In this document: piece by piece, positions 52,047 through 64,000 of the stretch
How the letters are laid out: the number at the start of each line of letters is the position of its first letter
Numbering within the stretch: position 1 is the stretch's first letter
Assembly (NCBI GenBank): GCA_951406725.2
Contig: OX597824.1
Coordinates: 11,532,001 to 11,596,000, forward strand
Direction: 5' to 3'
Length of the DNA: 64,000 nucleotides
Origin: Octopus vulgaris
Taxonomy: Eukaryota
The notes under the pieces: generated by a model
Database searches by the model: none
Told to the model about the DNA's origin: nothing
Seen by the model: only the letters and a program-made list of their open reading frames with translations
Made by a program: the position numbers and the translations under genes

Positions 52047-52279
52047 AGGCGGCGAACTGGTAGAAACATTAGCACACCGGGCGAAATGCTTTGTGGTATT
52101 TCGTCCGTCGCTGCGTACTGAGTTCAAATTCCGCCGAGGTCAACTTTGCCTTTCATCCTTTCGGGGTCGATAAATTAAGTACCAGTTACGCACTGGGGGT
52201 CAATGTAATCGACTTAATCCCTTTGTCTGTCCTTGTTCGTCCCCTCTATGTTTAGCCCCTTGTGGGCAATAAAGAAATA
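52047..52279 (+). mobile_element. Meta-type SINE nested inside an older CORE-type SINE (~51900-52560)
   Basis: 16-bp TSD AGAAACTGAAAAAAGT at 52029-52044 and 52280-52295. Confidence 0.85.
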
Positions 52280-53205
52280 AGAAACTGAAAAAAGTGTATA
52301 TGTGTGCGCGTGTGTATGTGTGTGTACAAGCACTATTGTGTGTCCTTGTCTTGACATCATGTGATAGTCGTGATTGTCACCATCACGCAAGCAAATGTCC
52401 TTTGTTTCCAGTCTTCAGAGACATGTCTTCTGGTCATGGAGGAAATGTTACCTTACTTTGAAACCGGTAAGGTTTGGCGACAGGAAGGGTATCCAGCTAT
52501 AGAAAATCTGCTTCAATAAATTGTCTGACCCATATGAGCATGGGAAAATGGATGTTGAATACTGATGAAATTTCACTTCAGAAATTAAATAAAATGAATA
52601 CAAACAATCGTTATTATCTCAAATTTATAACAGTTATTAAATTATCACATTCACCTCTAAGAGAAGGGCTGTTTTCAGTTTGTGGGTTTGCTTCTTCCTT
52701 TTCGGAAAAGCATTAATGAAATCTATGCTAGAAAGTTCAACCCATTTCATACAGTTTATCTTCTCTCTCAGAATTCGTTACAAAACTACAAACCGCATGT
52801 GATAGAGCTGTCATATAATCAATGTTAAAGGATTAAAATATTTTATTCAATAATAGATTTTAATCCATTTGTCTCTGGAATTTTCCTTAGTTGATTGTTC
52901 TCAGATTTTCAAAACCTAATCTCATTCACACCAATAAAAACAGAATTGTCTTAAAAGATTAAGTTTTTTTTTTAATTAATAATCCCTAACTCATCTTAAA
53001 AGAAGTTTCTTTTTATTGTGTCTCTTTATTTTATTTTAGTCACTGGACTGAGGCCTTGCTGGGGCAGCACCTTGAAAAGCATTTAGTTGAAAAAAAAAAA
53101 TCAGCTCCACTACTTATTTTGAAGAGGGGTAATTATTCTATCATTCTCTTTTGCCAAACTGCTAAGTTACAGGAATATAAACAAACTAACACTAGTTGTC
53201 AAGTA

Positions 53206-53255
<50 letters not shown>

Positions 53256-56200
53256 CACACATGATGGACTTTCACACAGTTTTTGTCTACCAAATTAGCT
53301 CATAAGGCATTGGTCAGCAGAATACACTTGTCCAAGGTGCCATGCAGTGGTACTGAACCTAAAACTATGTGAGTGCAATGTGAGCTTCTTAACCACACAT
53401 CCATGCCTTCACCTAGCTTCATTTTTTTTCTTTCCTGTTTTTTTATTTTTTTTTTATTTGAGTTTTAACATCTTAACAAAACCAACATCAAAAATTATGT
53501 TTAGCCCAAGATCAGATATGATAAAATAGACCAATGGCCTAAAATCCTTCAGCTGTAACCAGCCTGTTTTATTTTTTGTTTTGTTTTTTTTTTTTACTTT
53601 TTTCTGACAGCAAATCTGTAACAGCATTACCCAATGTATCCTTCCTTTTCAAACATAGTAGTTTATAATTTGGAAGATTTGGCTGTTATCTCTAGCAGAC
53701 TGAATGATTATTTGTAGAGATTCTCTTATTGGTTTGTCAATGATAAACAATAATAAAGTATAGCAATTAACCAATATTATCATTACTGTGAGATGTTAAA
53801 TTATATATTTTTCTGTGTTAAACATGCTTTTGTCTGTCTGCATCAAGAAAGTTCTTCCATAACATTTACACACAAAAATTATATAACATTGCATAGAAAA
53901 TATCGACGGGGGTTGGGGGGGGGGTGACTAACTGTGGAACTCAGTAAAATTAATTCATTTGCAAATATTTTAAGTGCAAGCATAGCTGTGTGGTTAAGAA
54001 GTCTGCTTCCCAACCACAAGGTTTTGGGTTCAGTCCCACTGCATGGCATCTTGGCAAGTGTTTTCTTCCATAACTCTGGGTCAACAAAAGCTTAGTGAGC
54101 GGATTTGGTAAATGGGAACTGAAAGAAGCCTGTCGAATGTGTGTGTGTGTGTGTACATGTGTGCATGAATATATGTGTGTCTTCATTTGTGTCTTGACAT
54201 CACATGACTGTTGTAAGCAGATGCAGTTTATTTCCAATCCTCTGTGAAAGCATGTCTGGTCGTGGGGAAATATCACCTTTGCTTGGAAACAGGTAAGGGT
54301 TGGCAGTAGGAAGGACACCTGGCCATGGTAAGTCTGCTTCAATAAACTCCATCCAACCCATGCAAGTATAGTAAAGCGGATGTTAAAACGATAAAACTTG
54401 AAAATATACAATATTATCAATAAGGAAAAAAGTAAATATCTCACAAGGTGGAACAGAATTTTGTCCTTGGAGTAAAATACCTCGAGTATAGTTTTCCAAC
54501 TAACAATACTTAAAGTCAGAAAACTGATTCTAATCTTGTTACCATAAGGCATTAGAGAACAGCTTATTAACTGCTTTAGGTTTTGAGTAAATTCCTTATA
54601 ATGGAAGTCTTCAAACAAAGATTTTTCTTAGAATTCACAGCTTATCAAAATTTTTGGAGAAGTTTTTTTTTCCTTTTTTTTTTTATTTACATGTGAGAAA
54701 TGGTTTATTTCTTGTAGTAATCGTTTGTTCTTCTTATCACTAATTAAGCAACAGAGAAACAGGCAGGGAACTGGTGTTTAGTTCCCTCTGACAAACTAAC
54801 ACAAGCAGAATTAAGCAGCTTAATCCTTTAGCATTCACAATATTCTGTCAAAAGTTAATATTTATTCTGAAAGAATCATGAATTATTTTCTGTTATAGAT
54901 TGTGATGAGGTAACTTAATTTTTAGAATGACATTGTAGGGTTGATGTGAGAAGCCAGATCCGGCCAGTTTGACCATAAAACAGGTAGACTATTTGGGCTG
55001 GATATAACTGGTTTAAACCATGCGGTTCAATACTCCAGCCTCTTAAACCTATCAGCTTAGAAAAGCAACTTTAGTATTATCAGTGAAAGACAGCCTCATG
55101 ATATACTCTCTTTTACTCTTTTATGTGTTTCAGTCATTTTACTGCGGCCATGCTGGAGCACCGCCTTTAGTCGAGCAACTCGACCCCCGGACTTATTCTT
55201 TGGAAGCCTAGTACTTATTCTATCGGTCTCTTTTGCCGAACGGTTGTCAAGCGATGTTGGAGGGACAAACACAGATACACAAACATAATACATATATACG
55301 ACGGGCTTCTTTCAGTTTCCATCTCCCAAATCCACTCACAAGGCTGTGGTCGGCCTGAGGCGATAGTAGAAGACATTTGCCCAAGGTGCCATGCAGTGGG
55401 AATGAACCCAGAACCATGTGGTTGGTAAGCAAGCTACATACCACACAGCCGCTCCTGCACCTATATAGATAACATTTACATATTCTTCTAATATAAATTA
55501 GCTGTGAGGATTTAGGTGCAGCCATAGTTTTGTGGTTAAGAAGCCTGCTTCAGAACCATGTAGTCAGATGTTCAATCCCTCTCTGTGCACATTGTCAGCT
55601 AACATTTTATACTCTAGCCACAGGTTGACCAATAACTTTATGGTGAAATTGATAGGCAGAAACTGAAGAAGCCTGTCACATGCCTGCACACATGCCTATG
55701 TAATTTCTCTCTTGTTCAGTACACAAAACAGCCTCACCATCAAAAACAGGCAGGGTTGTATGAATACAGAGTCAACCAGGGAAGCATGTCTGTGCTGATT
55801 GACAAGTCTTGAAATGTGTGATTTTTGTAAACAAAAAGGGAGCCTGGAACTATGTCCATGCTGTTTTGCAGTTTTATAGACTAAGGGAAGGGCATCTGGT
55901 TGTAGAAAAAATCTCCCTCAGTGAATTCTGTCTGACCTATGCAAGCATGAATAAGTGGACATTAAAACAATGATGATGATGTTCCATGCAATGGAAACAA
56001 GTGTTAAATCCAGCAAAAATACTAGTTTTATTAGCAACTCTGCATACAGCATAAAATTCTGATACCACAACAATAAATCAGTTATCCAACTGTTTGATAC
56101 TAAGCATCATTTTATGCTGAATTCTACAGATCTAACTTGAAGTATGTGGTAGCTATCATTACCAGACGGCATAGCATACTTCAATAGCTGTGTGTTATTG

Positions 56201-57659
56201 TGTTATGGGTAAACAACAGCAGGATACCAGTGCCATAAGGAAATACTTGTCCGTTATTCTGCTTAATGGCTGCATTTCTTTCTTTTATCCACTGTCATTA
56301 CAGACATTCTAAAATTGTTGAGACATTCAAAATTACTTAAGAGCTTGCAAAGAGAATGAAAATAAAAGATATAAATATGTGCGTGTATGAGATAAAAAAA
56401 ATATATCTATACATGTATCATAAAACACACACACACACATATTTGTCCAACATAAAATTTAATTTCTGTGTATTTTCCTTTTTATAATTTTCACAATTCA
56501 CCACATGAATTTTTTTTTTTTTTCCTCAAATCTTTTCACAGTAATATATCTCATTATTTTCATCGTTGTCTTAATGCACACTTTTCGTGTTTGCATGCGT
56601 TGGAAAAAGAGAGTTTAAGGAGACCAATTTTCTGTGGGCCAGAAACCCTTCAATTCACCACTCTCACTTGTTTCCAAACAAAGTAATATTACACCATGAT
56701 GTGTCTGCACACAATATGGAAATAAATGACATTCTCTCCCTCTCTCTCTCACACACAAGGCTTCTTTTAGTTTCCATGTACCATATCCACTCACAGAGCT
56801 TAGGTCAGCCTAGGCCTATAGTAAAAGACACTTGCCCAAGGTGCCATGCAGTGGGATTGAACCCAAAACCATGTGGTTGGGAAGCAAACTTCTTACCATA
56901 TAGCCATATTATTACACATAAGTATTTATTCTTTATACTCTTTACTCTTTTACTTGTTTCAGTCATTTGACTGTGGCCATGCTGGAGCACCGCCTTTTAG
57001 TCGAGCAAATCGACCCCGGGACTTATTCTTTGTAAGCCCAGTACTTATTCTATCAGTCTCTTTTGCCGAACCGCTAAGTGACGGGGACATAAACACACCA
57101 GCATCGGTTGTCAAGCAATGCTAGGGGGACAAACACAGACACACACACACATATATATATATATACATATATACGACAGGCTTCTTTCAGTTTCCGTCTA
57201 CCAAATCCACTCACAAGGCATTGGTCGGCCCGGGGCTATAGCAGAAGACACTTGCCCAAGATGCCACGCAGTGAACCCGGAACCATGTGGTTGGTTAGCA
57301 AGCTACTTACCACACAGCCACTCCTGCGCCTACATATATATATATATTGCACACACTCACACATGTAGGTGTATATGCACACACATGCATGTGTGTATGT
57401 GCAGTCATTCATTTCACATGTCTTCTAATGCTAGCATGGGTTGGACAGAGATGTATTTCCAGGCAGCATTTTACAGCTGGATGTTGTTCTTGTAACCAAC
57501 TCATAGCAGGTTTTTCAATCGAGAGCTTCTTTTATTCCATTCATTGTTGAAAGCCACACACATGCATGCACACACCCCTCCACCCACCCACACACACACA
57601 GATACATACTCCCACTATGTTATGTCATATTGTGCTCACTCAGATCCCACAAATCAGTA

Positions 57660-57680
57660 TATATATATACACACACAAAC

Positions 57681-57719
<39 letters not shown>

Positions 57720-57780
57720 CATATACATACATACATACATACATACATACATACATACATACATACATACATACATACAC
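57660..57780. repeat. (TA)n/(TACA)n microsatellite
   Basis: Direct inspection. Confidence 0.9.
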
Positions 57781-60509
57781 ACCTACACCCACATATATAT
57801 TGATTATACTTTATTTCCTTCTATATTATTAATTAGACTTTTAGCTCTATAAATTATCACATTATCTACACAATGTTTCCTTTGCACAATATAGTAATTC
57901 TCAGAAAAATTTGAATTTCACCCACTCAAGTCAGATATAATAAAATACAATACATATTACAGTAATTTCTCACAGTACAATATTTCATCAGTCTTTAAAT
58001 TTCTCTATTCTTAGTACATTGCTGTGAGGAATCATTCTTCTGCTTTTACTGCAACTGTAATGGATTTTGACATTCAGAACGTGATCACTCCACTCCGACT
58101 CTACTCCAACCAACTGTTGCATCTGCAACAATGTTTCTTGCTACTTATACTCTAGTTTTTCCTCACTAAACTCTGCACCAAATATCCCATCAAACTCTAC
58201 ATTCTCTATACTACCTCTCCCACAGTCCCCTTCATCTGTGTGATCTCATGACCGAAGCCATTCCTTCCCAAATAAAAAAAAATAAAATAAAATAAATAAA
58301 GTTAATGCATGACTAATAGAAGTAAAATTATCTAAGTTTCCATTTAGAAATGTGTGCGTGTGAATGCATTTGTTTACTTATTAAAGCGCAGTAAAATGAA
58401 AACAGTCACTGGGTAATAACGTATCTCATTGTAAATTTATTTCAAATTAGTTATTTAATGCACTTTGCATTAGGTCTAATAACACTAATTTAACTATCCT
58501 TTTTCAACTGGGTAGAATCTATAAAATTATTGAATCATAAAATAATTCTATTTTCCAGTGCTAACAAATACTTTGTCAGCGAATATGACGAAGCTATGCT
58601 TTGTTGATCTAGTCAGAAAAAGACAACCTCATGCGAAAATTTGAACACCACCATCATCATCGTTTTAATGTCCACTTCTCCATGCTTGCATGAGTTAGTA
58701 TTGTTTGAGGCAAATTTTTCCATGGCCAAATAATATTCCGGTCACTGACCTTTGCTTTTTTCCAAGTAAGGTAATATTTCACTATGATGGGAAATGTTTC
58801 CCATGGAAGATTGGAAACAAAGACATGGTTTTTATGATTGTTTGATGGTGATATCTGTTTACAGCTATCACAATGTCGATACAAGAAGACATTATACACA
58901 CACTCACACAAACAACAAGCGTCTTTCAATTTCCATCAACCAAATCCAATCACAAGACTTTGGTTGGCTCAAGGATATACAAGAAGACACTTTCCCAACA
59001 AGTGGGACTGAACCTGATACCATGTGGTTGGGAAACAAACTTCTTAACTATGCAGCCATCCCCTCATTTATTCCCAGTTAACATTTTTTTTGTGCTCTTT
59101 TCATTTCCTCTGTTAACATTTAACTATCTGTATATCTGATCACATTTTCAGTTCTAGTTAGTTTTTCTCTTTCATATTTCTTGCATTAAATATTTTAACA
59201 CCAAACATAAATGCTAATACTTACAAAGCTATTAAATATTATATTAGTATGCAATTAGGTGCAGATGTGGCTGCGAGATTAAGCTTGTTTGCTTCCCAAC
59301 CATGTGATCTCGAGTTCAGTCCCACTGCACAGTACCATGGGCAGTGGGACCAAATGTCTTTTGCTGTAGCCCTTGGCCAATGAAAGCTTTATGAGTGGAT
59401 TTGGCAGATGGAAATTGAAACAAGCCCATTGAGTATGTATGCGTGCGTGCATGACTTGATATGATGTAATCATTGTAAACCAGTCTTCTGTGAACTACGC
59501 CTGGCCATGGAGAAATAATACCTTGCTTGGAAAAAGGTGAGGGTCAACGACATGAAGAGCATCCAGTCATAGAAAACTTGCCTCAACAAACTATGTCTGA
59601 CCCATGCAAGCATAGAAAAGTGGACATCAAAATGATGATGGTAAATTACTAAATTTACTAGAGAGGAAGCATGTTCGTGAAGACTTCATCTAAAAAAAAA
59701 CCTAACGACAACTAATGAATGATAGCTTACTGATTGATCTGCCAAATTCCTTATTTTGGTGAAGAAAATTTTCACAAAAAAAAAATATATACATTTAAAC
59801 AATGGGTACTGAATCCTACCTTTATAGTCCTGTTCTCGTCCCTGGGGTAAAGCAGCTTTCAAAAAACAAACATGTACAAGTCAGCATTGGATGAAAACAA
59901 TACAATAGTAGTGACTGGGAACATTTTCTAAGGGAAACTATGGAAACCAGCTTAATGAATAAATATTGTTTCTTCTAAAACTACTTTTATGCTCTTTATG
60001 TTGAAGTAAGTTGGAAGGTAGATCTGAATACGGTTTCATTAACATATTCAGACTAGGAAATTGAAACCACAATCTACAAGGAGTTCTTAGAATGTGAATA
60101 ATTTGATATGGTTGAGATTGTCTTTGAATGTTAGTGAAGTCTAGAACTAAGACAGATGTTTATCTATGGAGTTCCAGAGAGAAAACAGTTTTATATTATT
60201 GAATGCTTGGTTGAAATATGAAGTGACAAGAGCTTGAACAAATTTGAGTGTAATTTTTTTTTCCCCAGGGCAGGGATGAAGAAGGCTGGAATGGACTGGA
60301 GTGGACAGATCATGTTGAGTTAACAAGGGAAATGACTACAAAAATGCCAAAGAAATCTCAATAGAAGTCAAAATCAAGGAAACAAAAATTAAGACAAGAA
60401 AATGTGTTGATAGTAATAAATGATAGGTACACAATAATTATGTATGTATGTATGTATGTATGTACATACGTACGTACGTATGTATGTATGAACATACATA
60501 CACACAAAC

Positions 60510-61750
60510 ACTACTAGAACTAGAGAAGAGATGTCAGATGTCAAAGTAAGGACCGGAATCAAGGGGTCTTAGAGTTAATTTAAGAAAGACCAAAGTCCTA
60601 GTAAGTAGAAAAATAGACAACTCAGTGATCCCTTCAGGGAGATGACCCTACTTGATATGTAGGAAAGGTTTTGGTCAAAACTCCATACAGTGTACCCAGT
60701 GCAAGTTATGGACTCATAACAGGTACAGCAGTATAACAGGAAGGTTAACAGAGAGAGTAGCCTTTGTGTCTGGCAGATGTGCAGGTAAAATACACACTAG
60801 GAATGTGCAGAAAATAGACTCCCTCAACTGTCCAAAGAGATCCTTAGAAATAGAAGATAGTTTCTGTTACCTAGGTGACCAAATTCTTAGAGCATAGTTG
60901 CTGGAATAAGGATAGGTTGGGCAGGCAAAGATCAGAGAGCTGCTACTTTTGTTGGTAACAAAGGGCCTCTTCCTCAGAGTGAAAGGTAGGTTGTATGATG
61001 CCAGTGTATGTACAGCTATACTACATGGCAGTGAAACAAGAGCTATGACTATAGAGCACATATGAGCACTTGAAAGAAATGAAACCAGCATGCATTGCTT
61101 GATGGGTAATGTCAGTGAGCATGTACAACAGAGTGTAAATGATTTAAGAGAAAAATTGGGTAAAAGAGGCATCAGTTACAATATGCAAGAGAGAAAACTG
61201 AGCTGGCATGTTCATGTGATACATATAGATGAGGACAGCCGCATAAAGTGCCAATCTCTGATTGTGGAGGGAACCTGTAGAAAGGGTAAACCCAGGAAGA
61301 TGTAGGATGAAGTGGTGAGAAAGGATCTTCAGATGTTAGGCCTCACTGAGGAGCTAGCAAGGGACTGAGACTTCTGACGAACTGCTGTGCTTGAGAAGAC
61401 ATCAAGCTAGTAAAATCATGGCCATCCATCCATACATACATACATACAAGACAGCTATGCTCCCTACTCCCCCTTTCAGCCAAAAGGTCCTTATCTTGCA
61501 AACTTGCAGGTGCTGGGGCCATGCAAAAAGCACCTGTGCAAGTGCCACATATAAAGCACCCGTGCCGGTGCCATATAATAGGCACACATACCAAGGCCAC
61601 ATAAAAAGCACCCAGTACACACTGTAAAGTGATTGGTGTTAGAGACCATACCAAAACGGACAATTGGAGCTCGGAACAGTTCTCTTGCTGGCCAACTCCA
61701 GTCAAATCACCTAACTCATGCCAGCATGTAAAACAGATGGATGATGATTA
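60510..61750 (+). mobile_element. 5'-truncated, decayed RTE-clade LINE (ORF2 C-terminus plus 3' UTR)
   Basis: Broken frames give GLRVNLRKTKVL, ICRKG..NSIQCTQCKLWTH, DSFCYLGDQI, LRVKGRLYDA, LHGSET, LREKLG, ERKLSW, RKGKPRK; ends in (GAT)n. Confidence 0.9.
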
Positions 61751-64000
61751 TATATATATATATATATAAACTACTGGGTTATTGTAGTATTATCTAAAAA
61801 CAAACTCAAGCCTTAGGAGAATTTACGGGCCACTGTTTATCTCTGGTTTTATATAAAACAGCCTGGCAAGGATGTCAGTCTACCATAGACAACATCTCTA
61901 ACAGTTAATGTTTTACCCATAATGAAAATAGCTACAGTGGACTTGAACTCATAACCTATGATAAGGTAGTTTAATAACAACCATATCACAATTTCATACC
62001 TCTATATTTACTATGACTATGTATAAACACTTCATTGGAAAATCATATACATTTGTTGAGGGCTGTAGCAAAATGAGGAATGTAATTCAGATGAGTGATT
62101 AAAGATCTGGTGTCAACATAGAATCATAAATAGGAAACATTGAAAATAAAAATCAAAAGTACAGAATACTGGTAACTTAGCTATTGCAGATGTGACTAAG
62201 CCAGGCCAGTATATATGGTGAAATGTTAAAATGGTTATTTATTAGCCACAAGCTCCATAAAATGATAAAGCAATGCAATAAATAGGATGGTTAGATACCC
62301 TAACAAATTTGCAATAATAATAGTGACAACAACGATAAATTAGCAAAGATCCAATCACAACACCAACACCGATGACAACAGCAGCTAGTGATGATGACAA
62401 CAATGACAACACCAATGATAACAGCAATAACAATGGCAATGACAACAGCAACAACAATGATTGGGCAGAACAATAAGAGCCTTGACATGGTCCCTCAAAC
62501 TCCAAGAAATATCAACCAAATCTCTCTCATATCACACTGTTACAAAATAGAAAGATCACATGGGATGATGTCATCCTAGATACACTGTCTGAATAGGAAG
62601 TATGACATGTCAATGAGAGACAACACCTTTGATAAGGGTCCCCCGTCGTGTCCTCTTCAGGTCAGCTAATCTCGTCTGCCACTAGCTTAGTCATGATACC
62701 CAGCTCTCTCCTGTGCCTCCACAAACTACAACAGTGTACTACCTTTTAGGCAACAGTATTGGCGGTGAGCTGGCAGAAACATTAGCACACCGGGCGAAAT
62801 GCGTAGCCGTATTTTGTCTGCCGTTACGTTCCGAGTTCAAATTCCGCTGAGGTCGACTTTGCCTTCCATCCTTTCGGGGTCAATAAATTAAGTACCAGTT
62901 ACGCACTGGGGTCGATGTAATCGACTTAATCCGTTTGTCTGTCCTTGTTTGTCCCCTCTGTGTTTAGCCTCTTGTGGATAGTAAAGAAATTAGTAGTATT
63001 GGCAAGCTGGCTAAATCAACTTGAAAGTAGCCAAACAAGTCAAACTTAGTGATGTTCGTAAATAGCTTGTCAATCTATGCTTATGAAGACTGTATTACCA
63101 GCAGACTGTGCAGAGGAAATCTAACTACTATCAGTGATCAGGTTTCAATGAACAGAAATGCAATATTCTGGGACATTGCTGTGAGATACATACATTATCC
63201 TGGTCATCCCATTGCATCCCTGGTGTACTTTCAGTCATCAAAATCTGCTTTGCCACTCACTCAGGAAGTGAGAAACAAGAGAATGAGGCTGATTATTCAA
63301 TATAGTTCTCCCTCACTAGAATCCAACTCCAGCATAAACAAGAACTCAGATTTCTTAAAACAAACAGATGGCAAACCTATCGTTGCAGTGGTCAAAATAT
63401 CACATATCATCATCATCATTTAACGTCCACTTTCCATTCAAGCATGGGTTGGACGATTCGACTGAGGTCTGGCGAACCAGATGGCTGCACCAGACTCCAA
63501 TCTGATCTGGCAGAGTTTCTACAGCTGGATGCCCTTCCTAATGCCAACCACTCCGAAACTGTAGTGGGTGCTTTTATGTGCGACCGGCATGAGGGCCAGT
63601 TTGGTGGCACTGGCAATGGCCACGCCCAAATGGTGCTTTTTACGTGCCACCTGCACAGGAGCCAGTCCAGCAGCACTGGTGACAACCTCACTCGAATATT
63701 TCACATGCCACCAGCACAAATGAAATCCTGCAATTTCCAGAGTTTCCTCATTTGTGAGAACACACAAGAGATGTGCTGTAGGTAGGAACAGTCTGGATTC
63801 TCCAGTTACCCACATGGCTATGCGCTCTGATGCTGATGGTCACTTCTAAGAAGTGCCATCAGTGTCTAGGAGGTGGAATCTTGATCATCTATGAAAATAT
63901 GAAAATGCAGGATGAATAAAGGAAGAAGGCAGGAAGAACAAGATGTATGAATAGAAAATGGTCAGGTCACAGATGTAATGACATTGATCATAGGTCTACT

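Noticed and set aside
53950-54618. 222 aa ORF
   Set aside because: About two-thirds is an antisense SINE and the rest has no recognisable domain.
58570-59740. Further minus-strand splice-like signals near 58610, 59690 and 59737
   Set aside because: Weak tracts or no coherent frame; they show how easily such signals arise by chance.
62240-62580. Hydrophobic ORFs and an acceptor near 62547
   Set aside because: Low-complexity (ACA/ATG)n tract, and the acceptor lies in what looks like a dispersed repeat.
63049-63423. 124 aa plus-strand ORF
   Set aside because: No recognisable motif or splice support; possibly decayed retroelement sequence, but I cannot support a call.

Overview
AT-rich, repeat-dense eukaryotic genomic DNA. 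It is most likely octopus (coleoid cephalopod), inferred from the tRNA-derived SINE families, RTE LINE remnants and microsatellite load. I see no long protein-coding exon and no gene I can name; almost all listed ORFs are artefacts of microsatellites or SINEs. The window is dominated by mobile elements: CORE-type and Meta-type SINEs, RTE and CR1/L2 LINE fragments, piggyBac-like, hAT and pogo MITEs, an 8-bp-TSD MITE pair, a decayed Tc1/mariner transposase and Penelope-type inverted insertions. It also has minisatellites and a tRNA-Glu pseudogene. Two things stand out. (1) The repeat-free islands carry many minus-strand splice acceptors and candidate microexons (5, 12, 15, 33 nt), mostly compatible with one splice phase. 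This suggests the 3' end of a large gene with an array of alternative C-terminal exons and a possible long-range RNA duplex; it is inferred from sequence only and needs RNA-seq. (2) A tRNA-headed, SINE-like element carries a Penelope-type minimal hammerhead ribozyme, an inverted segment and target-site duplications.
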